Shown here piece by piece: positions 49,401 through 58,398 of a DNA stretch of 64,000 nucleotides. The DNA is from Candidatus Latescibacterota bacterium (GTDB lineage Bacteria; Latescibacterota; UBA2968; UBA8231). The stretch lies in NCBI GenBank assembly GCA_965221775.1, contig CBDCSU010000006.1, positions 352,001-416,000 of the forward strand, read 5' to 3'. The notes beneath the pieces were generated by a model, which was given only the letters and a program-made list of their open reading frames with translations, made no database searches and was not told the origin of the DNA. The position numbers and the translations under genes were made by a program. The first letter of the stretch is position 1; each line of letters begins with the position of its first letter.

Positions 49401-50484
49401 CCGCATGGCGGAGCAGCGCGACGACCCGGACTGCGCCCGCGAGGAGTTCGAGGCGATCGCCGACCGCGCCGACCCCGGGCTCACCTGCCGCGTCCCCTTC
49501 GAGTTCGGGGCCCCAGGCCACGCGCGGGAGAAGCCCGGGAGCACCGGCGACACCGGCGGCCCCGGGAGGACGCGCGGCGTCCCCTTCGAGTTTGGCGCCC
49601 CAGTCGGCGCGCGCGAGAAACTGCGAGGCGCGGGGGGCCCCGGCGACACCAGCCGGACGGGCGGCGTCCCTCTGGAGTCCGGCGCCCCGGCCGTCGTCGA
49701 GGCCCGGCCCCCCGTGGCCATCCTGCGCGAGCAGGGCGTCAACGGCCAGGTGGAGATGGCCGCCGCCTTCGACGCCGCCGGCTGCCGCTCGGTGGACGTG
49801 ACCATGACCGACCTGCTCGCCGGCCGCGCCGACCTGGCCGACTTCGCGGGCTTGGCCGCCTGCGGCGGATTCAGCTACGGCGATGTCCTCGGCGCCGGCG
49901 CCGGCTGGGCGCGCACCATCCTCTTCCACGACGGCCTGCGCCGCATGTTCGAGGCCTTCTTCGCCCGCGGCGAGACCTTCGCCCTCGGGGTCTGCAACGG
50001 CTGCCAGATGCTCTCCCTCCTCCGCGAGCTGATCCCCGGCGCCGAGGGCTGGCCGCGCTTCACCCACAACCGCTCCGGCCAGTTCGAGGCGCGGCTGTCG
50101 TCGGTGGAGATCCTGCCCTCGACGTCGGTGCTGCTGCGCGGCATGGAGGGCGCCCGCCTGCCGGTGCCCGTGGCCCACGGCGAGGGCCGCGCCGAGTTCG
50201 ACGACCCCGCCGACCTGGGGCGCCTGGCCGCCGGGAGCCGCGTCAGCGCCCGATTCGTCGACGGCCGCGGGGCCGCGGCCTCCGCCTATCCGGCCAACCC
50301 GAACGGCTCGCCGGAAGGGGTCACCGCCCTGTCCAGCGCCGACGGCCGGGTGACGATCATGATGCCCCACCCCGAGCGCGTCTTCCGCGTCGTGCAGCTG
50401 AGCTGGCGCCCGCCCGAGTGGGAGGACCGCGAGTTCAGCCCCTGGCTCAGGATGTTCGAAAACGCAAAGGAGTTCGCCACATGA
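46441..50484 (+). CDS. purL: Phosphoribosylformylglycinamidine synthase (large type)
   Basis: NSEHCRHKIFN, KVETHNHPT, HDVGAGG, GKDSLSM, GGFSYGD, GVCNGCQ, MMPHPER. Confidence 0.97.
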   Translation: MPLQLFDGPPALSPFRRAALLERCRESAPGVRALDARFLYMAWFDEPPAAGAIRRLGEVLGAEERRDSLDLSTDLSTSSLLVTPRPGTISPWSSKATDIAANCGAAVDRIERGTRYTFAGVGVPDLDPLLPLLHDRMTEAVIDAPESLFARHEPRPLQSVPLGRDGHAALVEADTRWGLALSAEEIDYLADTYLRLGRDPTDVELVMFANVNSEHCRHKIFNAAWIVDGQRQERSLFDMIRHTHARHPEHTVKAYSDNSGVIEGFPAEVFRPDGDGFRYRYHARDTHILCKVETHNHPTAISPWPGASTGVGGEIRDEGATGAGARSQAGLCAFYVSHLRIPGWEQPWEAPVAEPPARLASPLQIMTDGPLGGAAFGNEFGRPNVLGLFRTFEQVVDGRHRGYHKPIMVAGGSGLIDADQVEKAAPEAGDAVVQIGGPALLIGLGGSYASSMDTGSNLEELDFASVQRDNPEMQRRCQELIDRCAALGPENPIRSIHDVGAGGLSNACPELVEGAGAAFDLRAIPNDEPGMSPMELWSNEAQERYVLVVGAARLERFREIAGRERCPIAVIGRVTGDGRLTLEDPLFGNRPVDGLPLEALLGKPPRMVRDVSRRPGGGGGFALDDIDLAEAAERVLRFPAVAAKSFLISIADRTVGGCIARDQMVGRWQVPVSDCAATLTGFRGHTGAVMAMGERTPVAVVDGPAAARLAVAEAVTNLAATPVGAIEKVKLSANWMCACGEEGEDAALFDTVRAVGLEFGPALGVSIPVGKDSLSMRAVWSDSGGEEHTVAAPLSLVVSAFAPVTDVRGIVTPELKPQAETRLLLVDLGRGRDRLGGSCLAQTFGRLGEEVPDVEPADVRGLFAALQALLAEGLLLACHDRSDGGLFACAAEMAFAGRRGVRLRLAEGAEPLAALFSEEIGVLLQVRAAHADRVREEFAAHGVGECVRDIGSPVEADTFEVCLGAGETPVYREDLGALEQAWAELSYRMAEQRDDPDCAREEFEAIADRADPGLTCRVPFEFGAPGHAREKPGSTGDTGGPGRTRGVPFEFGAPVGAREKLRGAGGPGDTSRTGGVPLESGAPAVVEARPPVAILREQGVNGQVEMAAAFDAAGCRSVDVTMTDLLAGRADLADFAGLAACGGFSYGDVLGAGAGWARTILFHDGLRRMFEAFFARGETFALGVCNGCQMLSLLRELIPGAEGWPRFTHNRSGQFEARLSSVEILPSTSVLLRGMEGARLPVPVAHGEGRAEFDDPADLGRLAAGSRVSARFVDGRGAAASAYPANPNGSPEGVTALSSADGRVTIMMPHPERVFRVVQLSWRPPEWEDREFSPWLRMFENAKEFAT
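49489..49692 (+). repeat. In-frame 87-nt tandem repeat (about 2.3 copies) inside purL
   Basis: gtcccc(t)..gagt..gg.gcccc units starting at 49492, 49579 and 49666 (VPFEFGAP, VPFEFGAP, VPLESGAP). Confidence 0.85.
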
Positions 50485-51464
50485 CCGATCCCATTCGCTG
50501 GGGCATCCTGGCCACCGGCCGCATCGCCGGGGTCTTCGCCCGCGGCCTGGCCGATGCCGGCTCCGACCTCGTGGCCGCGGGCTCCCGCCGGCAGGAGACG
50601 GCCGACGCCTTCGGAGACGAGTTCCGGGTCCCGAGACGCCACGCCTCGTACGCGGCCCTGGCCGCCGACCCGGAGGTCGACGTCGTCTACGTCTCCTCCC
50701 CTCACCCCATGCACTGCGAGAACACCCTCCTGCTGCTGGAGCACGGCAAGGCGGTCCTGTGCGAGAAGCCCTTCACCATCAACGCCGCCGAGGCGCGGCG
50801 GGTGATCGTGGAGGCCCGCCGGCGGCAGCTGTTCCTCATGGAGGCGATGTGGACGCGGTACATCCCCGCCGTGGCCCGCGTCCGTGAGCTGATCGCCGCC
50901 GGCGCCGTGGGCGAGCCCCGCATGGTGCAGGCGGACTTCGGCTTCCGCGCCCACCTCAACCCCGAGGGGCGGCTCTTCAACCCCGACCTCGGCGGCGGCG
51001 GACTGCTCGACATCGGCATCTACGTCCTCTCCCTGGCGAGCATGGTCTTCGGCCCCCGCCCAAGGGACGTGGCCTCCACCGCCCACCTGGGCGAGACCGG
51101 CGTCGACGAGCAGGCGGGGATGACGCTGCGCTGGCCGGGGGGCGAGCTGGCCGTCCTCAGCTGCGCCGTGCGCACCAGCACCCCGGGGGAAGCGCGGATC
51201 TTCGGCACCGAGGGCTCCCTGCTGCTCCACAGCCCGTTCTTCAAGTGCTCCACCCTCACCCTCAAGCGGGGCGACGAGGAGGAACGCCTGGAGATCCCCG
51301 TGGAGGGCAACGGCTACAACTACCAGGCCCTGGAGGTCGAGCGCTGCCTGCGCGAGGGGCGCTTGGAGAGCGAGACCATGCCCCTCGACGAGAGCCTGGC
51401 GCTGATGGAGTTGATGGACCGCCTGCGGGCCCAGTGGGGGCTCGTCTACCCGACGGAGAGATGA
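50481..51464 (+). CDS. Gfo/Idh/MocA oxidoreductase
   Basis: WGILATGRIA, CEKP, MEAMWTR, GGGLLDIGIY. Confidence 0.92.
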   Translation: MTDPIRWGILATGRIAGVFARGLADAGSDLVAAGSRRQETADAFGDEFRVPRRHASYAALAADPEVDVVYVSSPHPMHCENTLLLLEHGKAVLCEKPFTINAAEARRVIVEARRRQLFLMEAMWTRYIPAVARVRELIAAGAVGEPRMVQADFGFRAHLNPEGRLFNPDLGGGGLLDIGIYVLSLASMVFGPRPRDVASTAHLGETGVDEQAGMTLRWPGGELAVLSCAVRTSTPGEARIFGTEGSLLLHSPFFKCSTLTLKRGDEEERLEIPVEGNGYNYQALEVERCLREGRLESETMPLDESLALMELMDRLRAQWGLVYPTER

Positions 51465-52441
51465 GCCAGATGGAATACGGACAGCCGGCCTGGACGCAGA
51501 AGAAGGTCTCCCGCATCGTGCAGGGAACGATCATGCTGCGCGAGGAGGAGCAGGAGGAGGGCTTCGAGTTCCTCGACGCCGTGTGGGCCTCGGGGATCAA
51601 CGCCTTCGACACGGCCGCCCTCTACGGCGGCGGCACCTGCGAGCGCGTCCTCGGACGGTGGCTGGAGGACCGCGGCCTGCGCGACGAGGCCTTCGTCCTC
51701 GGCAAGAGCTGCCACCACAACGCCGACCGCCGGCGCGTTACCCCCTACGACATCGCCGCCGACCTCGCCGACTCCCTCGCCCGCCAGCGCCACGGCTACC
51801 ACGACCTGCACTGCCTGCACCGCGACGACCCGCGGGTCCCCGTGGGCCCGGTCGTCGAGGCCCTCAACGAGCACCTCGAGGCCGGCCGCATCCGCGCCAT
51901 GGGCGGCTCCAACTGGACCACGGCGCGCCTGCAGGAGGCCAACGAGTACGCCGAGGCCCGCGGCCTCCACGGCTTCGTCGCCTCGAGCCCCAACTTCGGC
52001 CTCGCCGACGAGAAGGAGACCCCCTGGGAGGGCTGCCTCAGCATCTCCGGGCCCTCCCGGGCGGCAGACCGGGAGTGGTACGCGGAGCGGCGCATGCCGC
52101 TGTTCACCTGGTCGAGCCTCGGCCGGGGGTTCTTCTCGGGGCTGCTGACGCGGGACAACGCCGAGTCCCTGCGCGACGAGGTCGACGCCTCCAGCGTCGC
52201 CTCCTACTGGCACGAGGACAACTGGCGCCGCCTCGACCGCGTGACCGAGCTGGCCGCCGAGAAGGGCTGCACCGTCCCCCAGGTGGCCCTCGCCTGGGTG
52301 CTGCGGCAGCCGGGCCTGGACGTGTACGCCCTCGTCGGCGCCCGCACCGGCGCCGAGTGCCGCGCCAACGCCGAGGTCTTCGACCTGCCGCTGACGGCGG
52401 CGGAGATGGAGTGGCTGGACCTGCGGGGTGAGGAGCGGTGA
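51461..52441 (+). CDS. Aldo/keto reductase
   Basis: FDTAALYG, LHRDD, GGSNW, WSSLGRG, QVALAW. Confidence 0.9.
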   Translation: MSQMEYGQPAWTQKKVSRIVQGTIMLREEEQEEGFEFLDAVWASGINAFDTAALYGGGTCERVLGRWLEDRGLRDEAFVLGKSCHHNADRRRVTPYDIAADLADSLARQRHGYHDLHCLHRDDPRVPVGPVVEALNEHLEAGRIRAMGGSNWTTARLQEANEYAEARGLHGFVASSPNFGLADEKETPWEGCLSISGPSRAADREWYAERRMPLFTWSSLGRGFFSGLLTRDNAESLRDEVDASSVASYWHEDNWRRLDRVTELAAEKGCTVPQVALAWVLRQPGLDVYALVGARTGAECRANAEVFDLPLTAAEMEWLDLRGEER

Positions 52442-55400
52442 CGGCCGTGCCTGCCGGCAGACCTCGGGCGTCGCGTCCCCGAAGGCTCATCTTCCTTCTA
52501 CCCGTCCTGCTGTCGAGCCTGGGCCAGCCAGCGTCCTCTTCGGCCCCCGTCGGTCGGGAGGTGCTCGAGCGCCATCTGCCACGCCCCGCGGGCAAGTCCG
52601 CCCTCCTGGATGCGGGAGAGCCGCGCACCGTGCGGATGATCTACTTCGCGGCCGGTCCGGAGGTCTTCCGGGAGGACGTCGTGGCCCGGATGAAGACGAC
52701 GATCCGGGAGGTGCAGCGCACTTTCGCCGACCAGATCCGGGGGCACGGATTCGGAGAAAGGACCTTCCGCTATGAGAGGGATGCCGAGGATGAACCCATG
52801 GTTCACATCCGAATCGGTTCTGGAGACGACTACGACCATTGGAGAGCCCTTGCAGAGATTCAAGAAGAATTCGATCTCGACGCAAACGTCTACTTCATCA
52901 TCCTCGGCAGAGACGAGGACATTCACGGGCCCAACGTGGCGCTGGGACAGCAGTATACAAGAACCGGTGGCTGGGCGATGTTGAGGCAACACACCGACCC
53001 GGTTTCGATCGCCGGGATCGCCGCCCATGAACTGGGACACGCTTTCGGATTGGAGCACAATTTCAACGACGGGGCGTACATCATGTCCTACGGCCCCGGC
53101 ATGAGCATTTTGTCCGAGCTCAGCGCGGGGTATCTGGCCGTGCACCCCCATTTCAATTCCGACAGCCCCACGGAGATACCCGCCGACAGCGAGTTGCCAA
53201 CGGGTCAGGTCCTTTCACCGCGTTCCTATTCGACAGGCGCGACGAGCGTCCCCCTCCGGCTCGAGCTCGGCGATCCGGACGGTCTTCAGCAGATCTCGCT
53301 GTTTCTCACGACACCGGAGACCCACTTTTCCTCGGGCTTCCTGGAATTGAAGACCGGCCGCCTGTTGAGGGGCGCCACGGAGGCGGTCGTCGACTTCGAG
53401 TATGACGGCGTCATTCCATCCGACAGGGACCATACGAGTCTCTCCTCCCTTCTCACGCACACGATGGAGTTCGAGGTCGTGGACATGCTCGGCAATATCG
53501 GCAGGATAGGCCTGTCGCTGCTGCATGACTCGACCCACAAGCTCATCATTCCCCTGGACCGGCAGGCGAGAGCCGGAGCCCTTGGCGTGGCCTTCTCGCC
53601 CGACGGCAGGATCCTGGCTTCGGGGCTGGAGAATCAGACCGTTGCCCTGTGGAACGCCGAGACCGGCTCACGTGTCGCCACACTCTCGGGATACGAGGGC
53701 AGAGGAGCCTTTCGCCAGGTCTGGTCCGTGGCCTTTTCTCCCGATGGCACGATCCTCGCCACGGGAACCTGGGAAGGCACGGTCACGCTATGGGACACGG
53801 CCACGTGGTCGGAGATCGTCACCTTCCGGCATGGCGGCGATGCAGGCCGGATCCTGGGCCTGGCCTTTTCCCCCGACGGAGGGATCCTCGCCTCCCCGTT
53901 GTTCGACTACTGGACAAGTCCGTCCCACACGATCAAGCTGTGGGACGTGGCTGCAAGAACCGAGATCGCCACCCTGAGAGGGCATGAGGAGGGTGTCCGG
54001 ACCGTGGCGTTCTCGCCGGATGGAATGACCCTGGCTTCCGGTGGTTTCGACGGCACCATCAGGCTGTGGGACGTGGCCACGGGAGCCGAGGTCGGCTACC
54101 TCCCCTATGGAGCAGCGATCACTTCCGTGGCGTTCTCGCCAGATGGAGAAACCCTCCTTTCGGGCGCTTTCGACAACCACGTTGTTTTCTGGGACGTGGA
54201 GAACAGGGCCTTCAAGACCGGGTTTCCCGTAGACAGACAGAATCTCCTCCGCTATGTGTCATTCACCCCCGATGGAGAGAGAGTCGTCTCCGCCACGCAG
54301 GCAGGGGTGATCGAGGTCTGGGAGGCGGACCTGGAGGAACAGGAAGTAGAGAGAGTCGCAGCCTTTCAGGCGGCCAGCGGCGACAGACTGGCCTCCACTT
54401 CCGTGGCCTTTTCTCCCGACGGCACGACTCTCGCCACGTCCTTGGGAAACTACGGAACGGGGGATTACACCATCGTCTTGTGGGACCTGTCGCCTTACGT
54501 CGGCCCCGTGGTGCATGTGGCCGACGTCAACCTCAAGGCGGCCCTTCGGGAAGCCCTCGGCAAGTCCGGCTACGGCCCCCTCTCCAGGGAAGAGATGCGG
54601 CTCTTGACCACGCTCGACGTGAGCAACCGGGAGATCCGCAGCCTGACCGGCCTCGAGTGGGCCACGCAACTGACCCGCCTGAATCTCGAGGGCAATCCGC
54701 TGAACTCGTCCGCCGCCAACGAGCAGATCCCAGTGTTGGAAGCCCGGGGTGTCGAGGTCGTTTTTCCCCGCACTCTCCAGGGCCTGGCCAAGCTCTCGGG
54801 CGATGGCCAGCAGGCCCCGGCGGGCACCCGGGTCGAGGACCCTCTTGTCGTCGAGGTGCGGGATCAGAACGGAGCCGGCTTTCCCGGAGCAGCCGTCGAG
54901 TTCGCCGTCATCCAGGGGAACGCGACCCTGTCGGCCTCGGCCGCCACCACCGACGAAAGGGGACGCGCCTCCACGATTCCGACCATCGGGGCGCAACCCG
55001 GGACCATCACCGTGGAGGCGAGGGTGAATGGCCTGGAGCCGGTGGTCTTCACCCTCACCGCTGTCCCGCCCGCGGCCCATTCCCTGGCCAAGGTCTCGGG
55101 CGATTTGCAGCAGGGACCGGTCTGGACGGCGTTGACCCAGCCGCTGGTCGTTCAAGTGCTGGATGAGAACGGCAACAGGCTCGAAGGGTCCGAGGTCACC
55201 TTTGCGGTCACCGCCGGCGACGGCTCGCTGTCGGTGGAGAAAACCCTCACCGATGCGCAGGGCCAGGCTGCCAGTCTGCTGACGCCGTCAGAGGCCTGGG
55301 GGACCATCCTCGTGAGGGTCACCGTGGAGGGACTGGAGCCGGTGGTCTTTACCGCCGTCGGGCAGGCCTCCCCCGACTTCGACGGCGACGGCCAGGTCGA

Positions 55401-55851
55401 CTTCGAGGACTTCTTCCTCTTCGCCCGGCACTTCGGCAGCAGTGAGCCCCGCTTCGACCTGGACGGCAGCGGCACCGTGGACTTCGCCGACTTCTTCCTC
55501 TTCACCGAGCGGTTCGGGCAGCCGGAGCGGGCCAAGCTGCTGGCCATGGCCAGCGCGCGGATCGGCCTGCCCGAGGGTCCCCTCCTTCAACAGAACGCGC
55601 CCAACCCCTTCAACAGCGGCACCGTGATCTCCTGGTTCCAGCTGCGGCCCGGGCCGGCGCGCCTGGAGGTGTTCTCCCTCACCAACCAGCGGGTGGCGGT
55701 GCTGCACGAGGGGGAGAAGAAGGCCGGCTTTCACCGCCTTCGTTGGGAGGGCCGGAGCGATCAGGGGCACCCCCTGGCCAGCGGCGTCTACGTGTACCGG
55801 CTGGTCACGGGCGACCGCACGCAGACGCGCAAGCTGACCCTGCTGCGGTAG
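52438..55851 (+). CDS. Large secreted protein: metzincin-type Zn peptidase, 7 WD40, internalin-like LRR, 2 Big_1, EF-hand/dockerin, FlgD-Ig C-terminus
   Basis: HELGHAFGLEH plus IMSY Met-turn; seven FSPDG-type repeats; LTGLEWATQLTRLNL; SGDGQ and SGDLQ Ig units; DFDGDGQVDFEDF; NAPNPFN...SGVYVYRL. Confidence 0.88.
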   Translation: MTAVPAGRPRASRPRRLIFLLPVLLSSLGQPASSSAPVGREVLERHLPRPAGKSALLDAGEPRTVRMIYFAAGPEVFREDVVARMKTTIREVQRTFADQIRGHGFGERTFRYERDAEDEPMVHIRIGSGDDYDHWRALAEIQEEFDLDANVYFIILGRDEDIHGPNVALGQQYTRTGGWAMLRQHTDPVSIAGIAAHELGHAFGLEHNFNDGAYIMSYGPGMSILSELSAGYLAVHPHFNSDSPTEIPADSELPTGQVLSPRSYSTGATSVPLRLELGDPDGLQQISLFLTTPETHFSSGFLELKTGRLLRGATEAVVDFEYDGVIPSDRDHTSLSSLLTHTMEFEVVDMLGNIGRIGLSLLHDSTHKLIIPLDRQARAGALGVAFSPDGRILASGLENQTVALWNAETGSRVATLSGYEGRGAFRQVWSVAFSPDGTILATGTWEGTVTLWDTATWSEIVTFRHGGDAGRILGLAFSPDGGILASPLFDYWTSPSHTIKLWDVAARTEIATLRGHEEGVRTVAFSPDGMTLASGGFDGTIRLWDVATGAEVGYLPYGAAITSVAFSPDGETLLSGAFDNHVVFWDVENRAFKTGFPVDRQNLLRYVSFTPDGERVVSATQAGVIEVWEADLEEQEVERVAAFQAASGDRLASTSVAFSPDGTTLATSLGNYGTGDYTIVLWDLSPYVGPVVHVADVNLKAALREALGKSGYGPLSREEMRLLTTLDVSNREIRSLTGLEWATQLTRLNLEGNPLNSSAANEQIPVLEARGVEVVFPRTLQGLAKLSGDGQQAPAGTRVEDPLVVEVRDQNGAGFPGAAVEFAVIQGNATLSASAATTDERGRASTIPTIGAQPGTITVEARVNGLEPVVFTLTAVPPAAHSLAKVSGDLQQGPVWTALTQPLVVQVLDENGNRLEGSEVTFAVTAGDGSLSVEKTLTDAQGQAASLLTPSEAWGTILVRVTVEGLEPVVFTAVGQASPDFDGDGQVDFEDFFLFARHFGSSEPRFDLDGSGTVDFADFFLFTERFGQPERAKLLAMASARIGLPEGPLLQQNAPNPFNSGTVISWFQLRPGPARLEVFSLTNQRVAVLHEGEKKAGFHRLRWEGRSDQGHPLASGVYVYRLVTGDRTQTRKLTLLR

Positions 55852-55880
55852 GCGGGAGCCCGGTGCGCCGGGATGCGGTT

Positions 55881-56066
55881 CCGCGGCGACCCGCGCACCC
55901 CGTGTGACCGATCGTCGGAGGCCCTCAACGAGCACTTGGAGGCCGGCCGCATCCGCGCCATGGGCGGCTTCAACGGGACCACGGCGCGCCCGCAGGAGGC
56001 CAACGAGCAGACCGAGGCCCGCGGTGACCCGCGGACCCCGTGAGACCGATCGTCGGAGGCCCTCAA
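55881..56066 (+). repeat. Degenerate duplicate of aldo/keto reductase segment 51820-51963, plus a second partial copy
   Basis: Shared gaggccctcaacgagcac...gaggccggccgcatccgcgccatgggcggct...accacggcgcgcc.gcaggaggccaacgag; the head of the unit repeats at 56019-56066. Confidence 0.88.
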
Positions 56067-56141
56067 TCCAACAGGGGACGAGACTCCCCAACTCCCCCTT
56101 GTGTGAGCAGGTAGATGGGGTGTCCTCCGCCGGGCTGGAGA

Positions 56142-57047
56142 TCACGCCACCGGACGGTCGCGCTGGTTCTGCCCGCCGTAGCGGAAACCCGGAAGGTTGT
56201 CGGCGCACCAGGTCTCGCGGAACAGGGTCCGGCGCATGGGGGGCATCTGCGCCACCAGCTCGGCCGGCGGCGACCAGGAGCTCCACCGGGACCCGACGCT
56301 GTTGTAGAGGTTGAAGATGCCCACCCGCTCGTTGTCCGCATTCGTCCACGGCGAGGTGCTGTGGGCCAGGGCCTCCGTGAAGAACAGGACCGACCCGGCG
56401 GGGCACTCGTAGGTCTCCCACGCCGCGGACCCGGGGTCCTGGATGGCGGCGGGCGCGGGATACGCGGCCTTGTGGCTCCCCGTGGCCAGGAGCGTGCCGC
56501 CCTGGCCCATCTTGACCGGCGCCAGCTCCCACACGACGCGGGTCAGGCCGCTGAAGGACTTTCCGGGGATGCTCTGGTAATGGTGGGAGTCGACGGCAAA
56601 GCGGAAGAGGCCGCTGCCGTTGTGGGGGTTGAAGACGCCCTGCCGCTCCGGCGTCGCCGCGGGGTTGCGCAGGCCGCTGCCCTCCATGCGGAAGCCGTAG
56701 CACTCCGCGCTCGACAGCCCCGGGAAGGCGAGGAACTCGTTGAGGAAGCCCACCACCACGGGGTGGTCGGTGAGCTTTTCCAGCGGTCCCGCCACGAAGG
56801 AGCGTTCGTGCTCCGGCAGCGACTCGGAGTCTCTCTCCACCCGCAGTGCATACTCGCGCATCGCCTCGATCTCGTCGTCGGACAGCACGCCGGGCACCAG
56901 GAGCCACCCTCGAACGTCGAAGAGGTACTTCTGCTCGTCCGTCAGTTCCACCACGGGTACGCCGTCGGCGTTGTGGGTCGGCAGGTCGCCCTCCTCCACG
57001 CGCAGCGGCTGCCCCAGGTTCTTGTCGACCACGTATGCTTCCGTCAT
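56142..57047 (-). CDS. PhyH-family 2OG/Fe(II) oxygenase with HxG motif
   Basis: QKYLFDVRGWLLVPGVLS, PHNG, GGTLLATGSHK, AGSVLFFTEALAH, ER. Confidence 0.85.
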   Translation of the reverse strand: MTEAYVVDKNLGQPLRVEEGDLPTHNADGVPVVELTDEQKYLFDVRGWLLVPGVLSDDEIEAMREYALRVERDSESLPEHERSFVAGPLEKLTDHPVVVGFLNEFLAFPGLSSAECYGFRMEGSGLRNPAATPERQGVFNPHNGSGLFRFAVDSHHYQSIPGKSFSGLTRVVWELAPVKMGQGGTLLATGSHKAAYPAPAAIQDPGSAAWETYECPAGSVLFFTEALAHSTSPWTNADNERVGIFNLYNSVGSRWSSWSPPAELVAQMPPMRRTLFRETWCADNLPGFRYGGQNQRDRPVA

Positions 57048-57070
57048 CCCTCTGCATCCCCTTTCGAGAG

Positions 57071-58210
57071 TCAGAACTCGATCCGCACCAGCTCCATGGG
57101 AATCCCCTCACCCATGGCCGGCTTGTGGAGCATCGTCAGGCCCATGGTCACCCATCGGTCGAGGGAGGGCACCGAGATGGAGACCCCGTCCGACGCGGGC
57201 CCCTGGCTGTCCCGGGTGAAACCGTGGGAGTACCAGATCCCGGCGGCCGAGCCGAGGATGTTGCCCAGGACGTACGGTTTGTGATCTTCCGCATCGGCCA
57301 TCAGCGCGACCCCCGTCCCGAAGAGGCTGCCTACGTAGGCGCCGAGGATGATCCATCTCGCGCGGCCCGGCGTGTACTCCTCCTCGCCCGTCCATTCATG
57401 TCCGAAGAACGTCCCCACGGGCAGGCCGATCATGGCGGCCAGGACATGGGCCCGCGGGCTCTCCACGTCGCCGAGGCTGAGGAATCCACTGGCATAGCCG
57501 GCGCCCACGACACCCCCCAGGGTGAGGAGATGGGCCCGTCCCTGGCTCATCGCTCTGCCGCGCATCCATCTCGTTGTCGTCCACACCCCCGCCGGGGCGC
57601 CCACCATGGCGGATGCGACGTAGATCCGGGCTTGCGTCCACTCGTCGAGGGATTCGATGTCGAGGACATAGGGAATGGCGACGCCGTAGAGTCCGCCGGT
57701 CAACCCGCCGACGACCAGCATGTCCGTCTCGCCCCTGCGGAACCACCTGTGAGAACTGAGCCTGTGGGCGATCAGTCCGCCGGCCGGGGTGCCGATCATC
57801 GCCGCCGCCAGGTAGGCCTTGTCGTTCTCCGACTCGAAGAACACGGGCACTCCCAGGCCGTAGAGCGTACCCGCCCAGCTCCCCCCGAGGATCAGCAGCG
57901 AACGCCCCGCCCCGAGGCGGTAGTCCCGGGTGGTCTCGAGGGCCGTGAAGAACGACCCGCCGCCGATGAGCATCTGCAGTCCGGCCACCTGGCGCTCGGA
58001 CTCGATCTCCAGCAGGCTCACCGTGCCGGGACCGTAGAGGCTGAACCCGTAGATCGTCGCCCAGGTCACGAGGCCCCTTCGGCCGGACCGCCGCTCTTCA
58101 GGGCCGGGTGGCCCTTCGCCGGGAGCCGCGGCATACCCTTCCGTCGCCGCACCGAGGAAGGTGAAGCTCAGCGCGCAGGAGAGCGCGCCGATGACCGCCG
58201 GGTGTTTCAT
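57071..58210 (-). CDS. Membrane protein with Gly-rich helical repeats
   Basis: Signal-like N-terminus; repeated GR...GG..G.LYG hydrophobic hairpins; terminal Phe. Confidence 0.7.
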   Translation of the reverse strand: MKHPAVIGALSCALSFTFLGAATEGYAAAPGEGPPGPEERRSGRRGLVTWATIYGFSLYGPGTVSLLEIESERQVAGLQMLIGGGSFFTALETTRDYRLGAGRSLLILGGSWAGTLYGLGVPVFFESENDKAYLAAAMIGTPAGGLIAHRLSSHRWFRRGETDMLVVGGLTGGLYGVAIPYVLDIESLDEWTQARIYVASAMVGAPAGVWTTTRWMRGRAMSQGRAHLLTLGGVVGAGYASGFLSLGDVESPRAHVLAAMIGLPVGTFFGHEWTGEEEYTPGRARWIILGAYVGSLFGTGVALMADAEDHKPYVLGNILGSAAGIWYSHGFTRDSQGPASDGVSISVPSLDRWVTMGLTMLHKPAMGEGIPMELVRIEF

Positions 58211-58398
58211 GGTCTCTCTTGGGTGGAGTCCGGTTCTCTCAACGGCGGGCGAAGGATACCACGGGGCATGAACCGCAGCAATCGACGGGACGAAGCCGCG
58301 GGATCCCCGCCCGCCCGTGTGGCAACAAGCCTCGGCCGATGGCTACCTTGAGCCTGCACTCGCTCGGTGCGATCGCCGCCGTTCCCCTGGAGAAACCG

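Noticed and set aside
42464-50370. Very long antisense ORFs (42464-46300 +, 46246-50370 -; also 58207-62391 -)
   Set aside because: Shadow frames of sucAB, purL and the peptidase caused by high GC3; no independent motifs
51820-56066. Repeat pair as a DGR template/variable region
   Set aside because: Differences include indels and are not adenine-specific; no reverse transcriptase in the window
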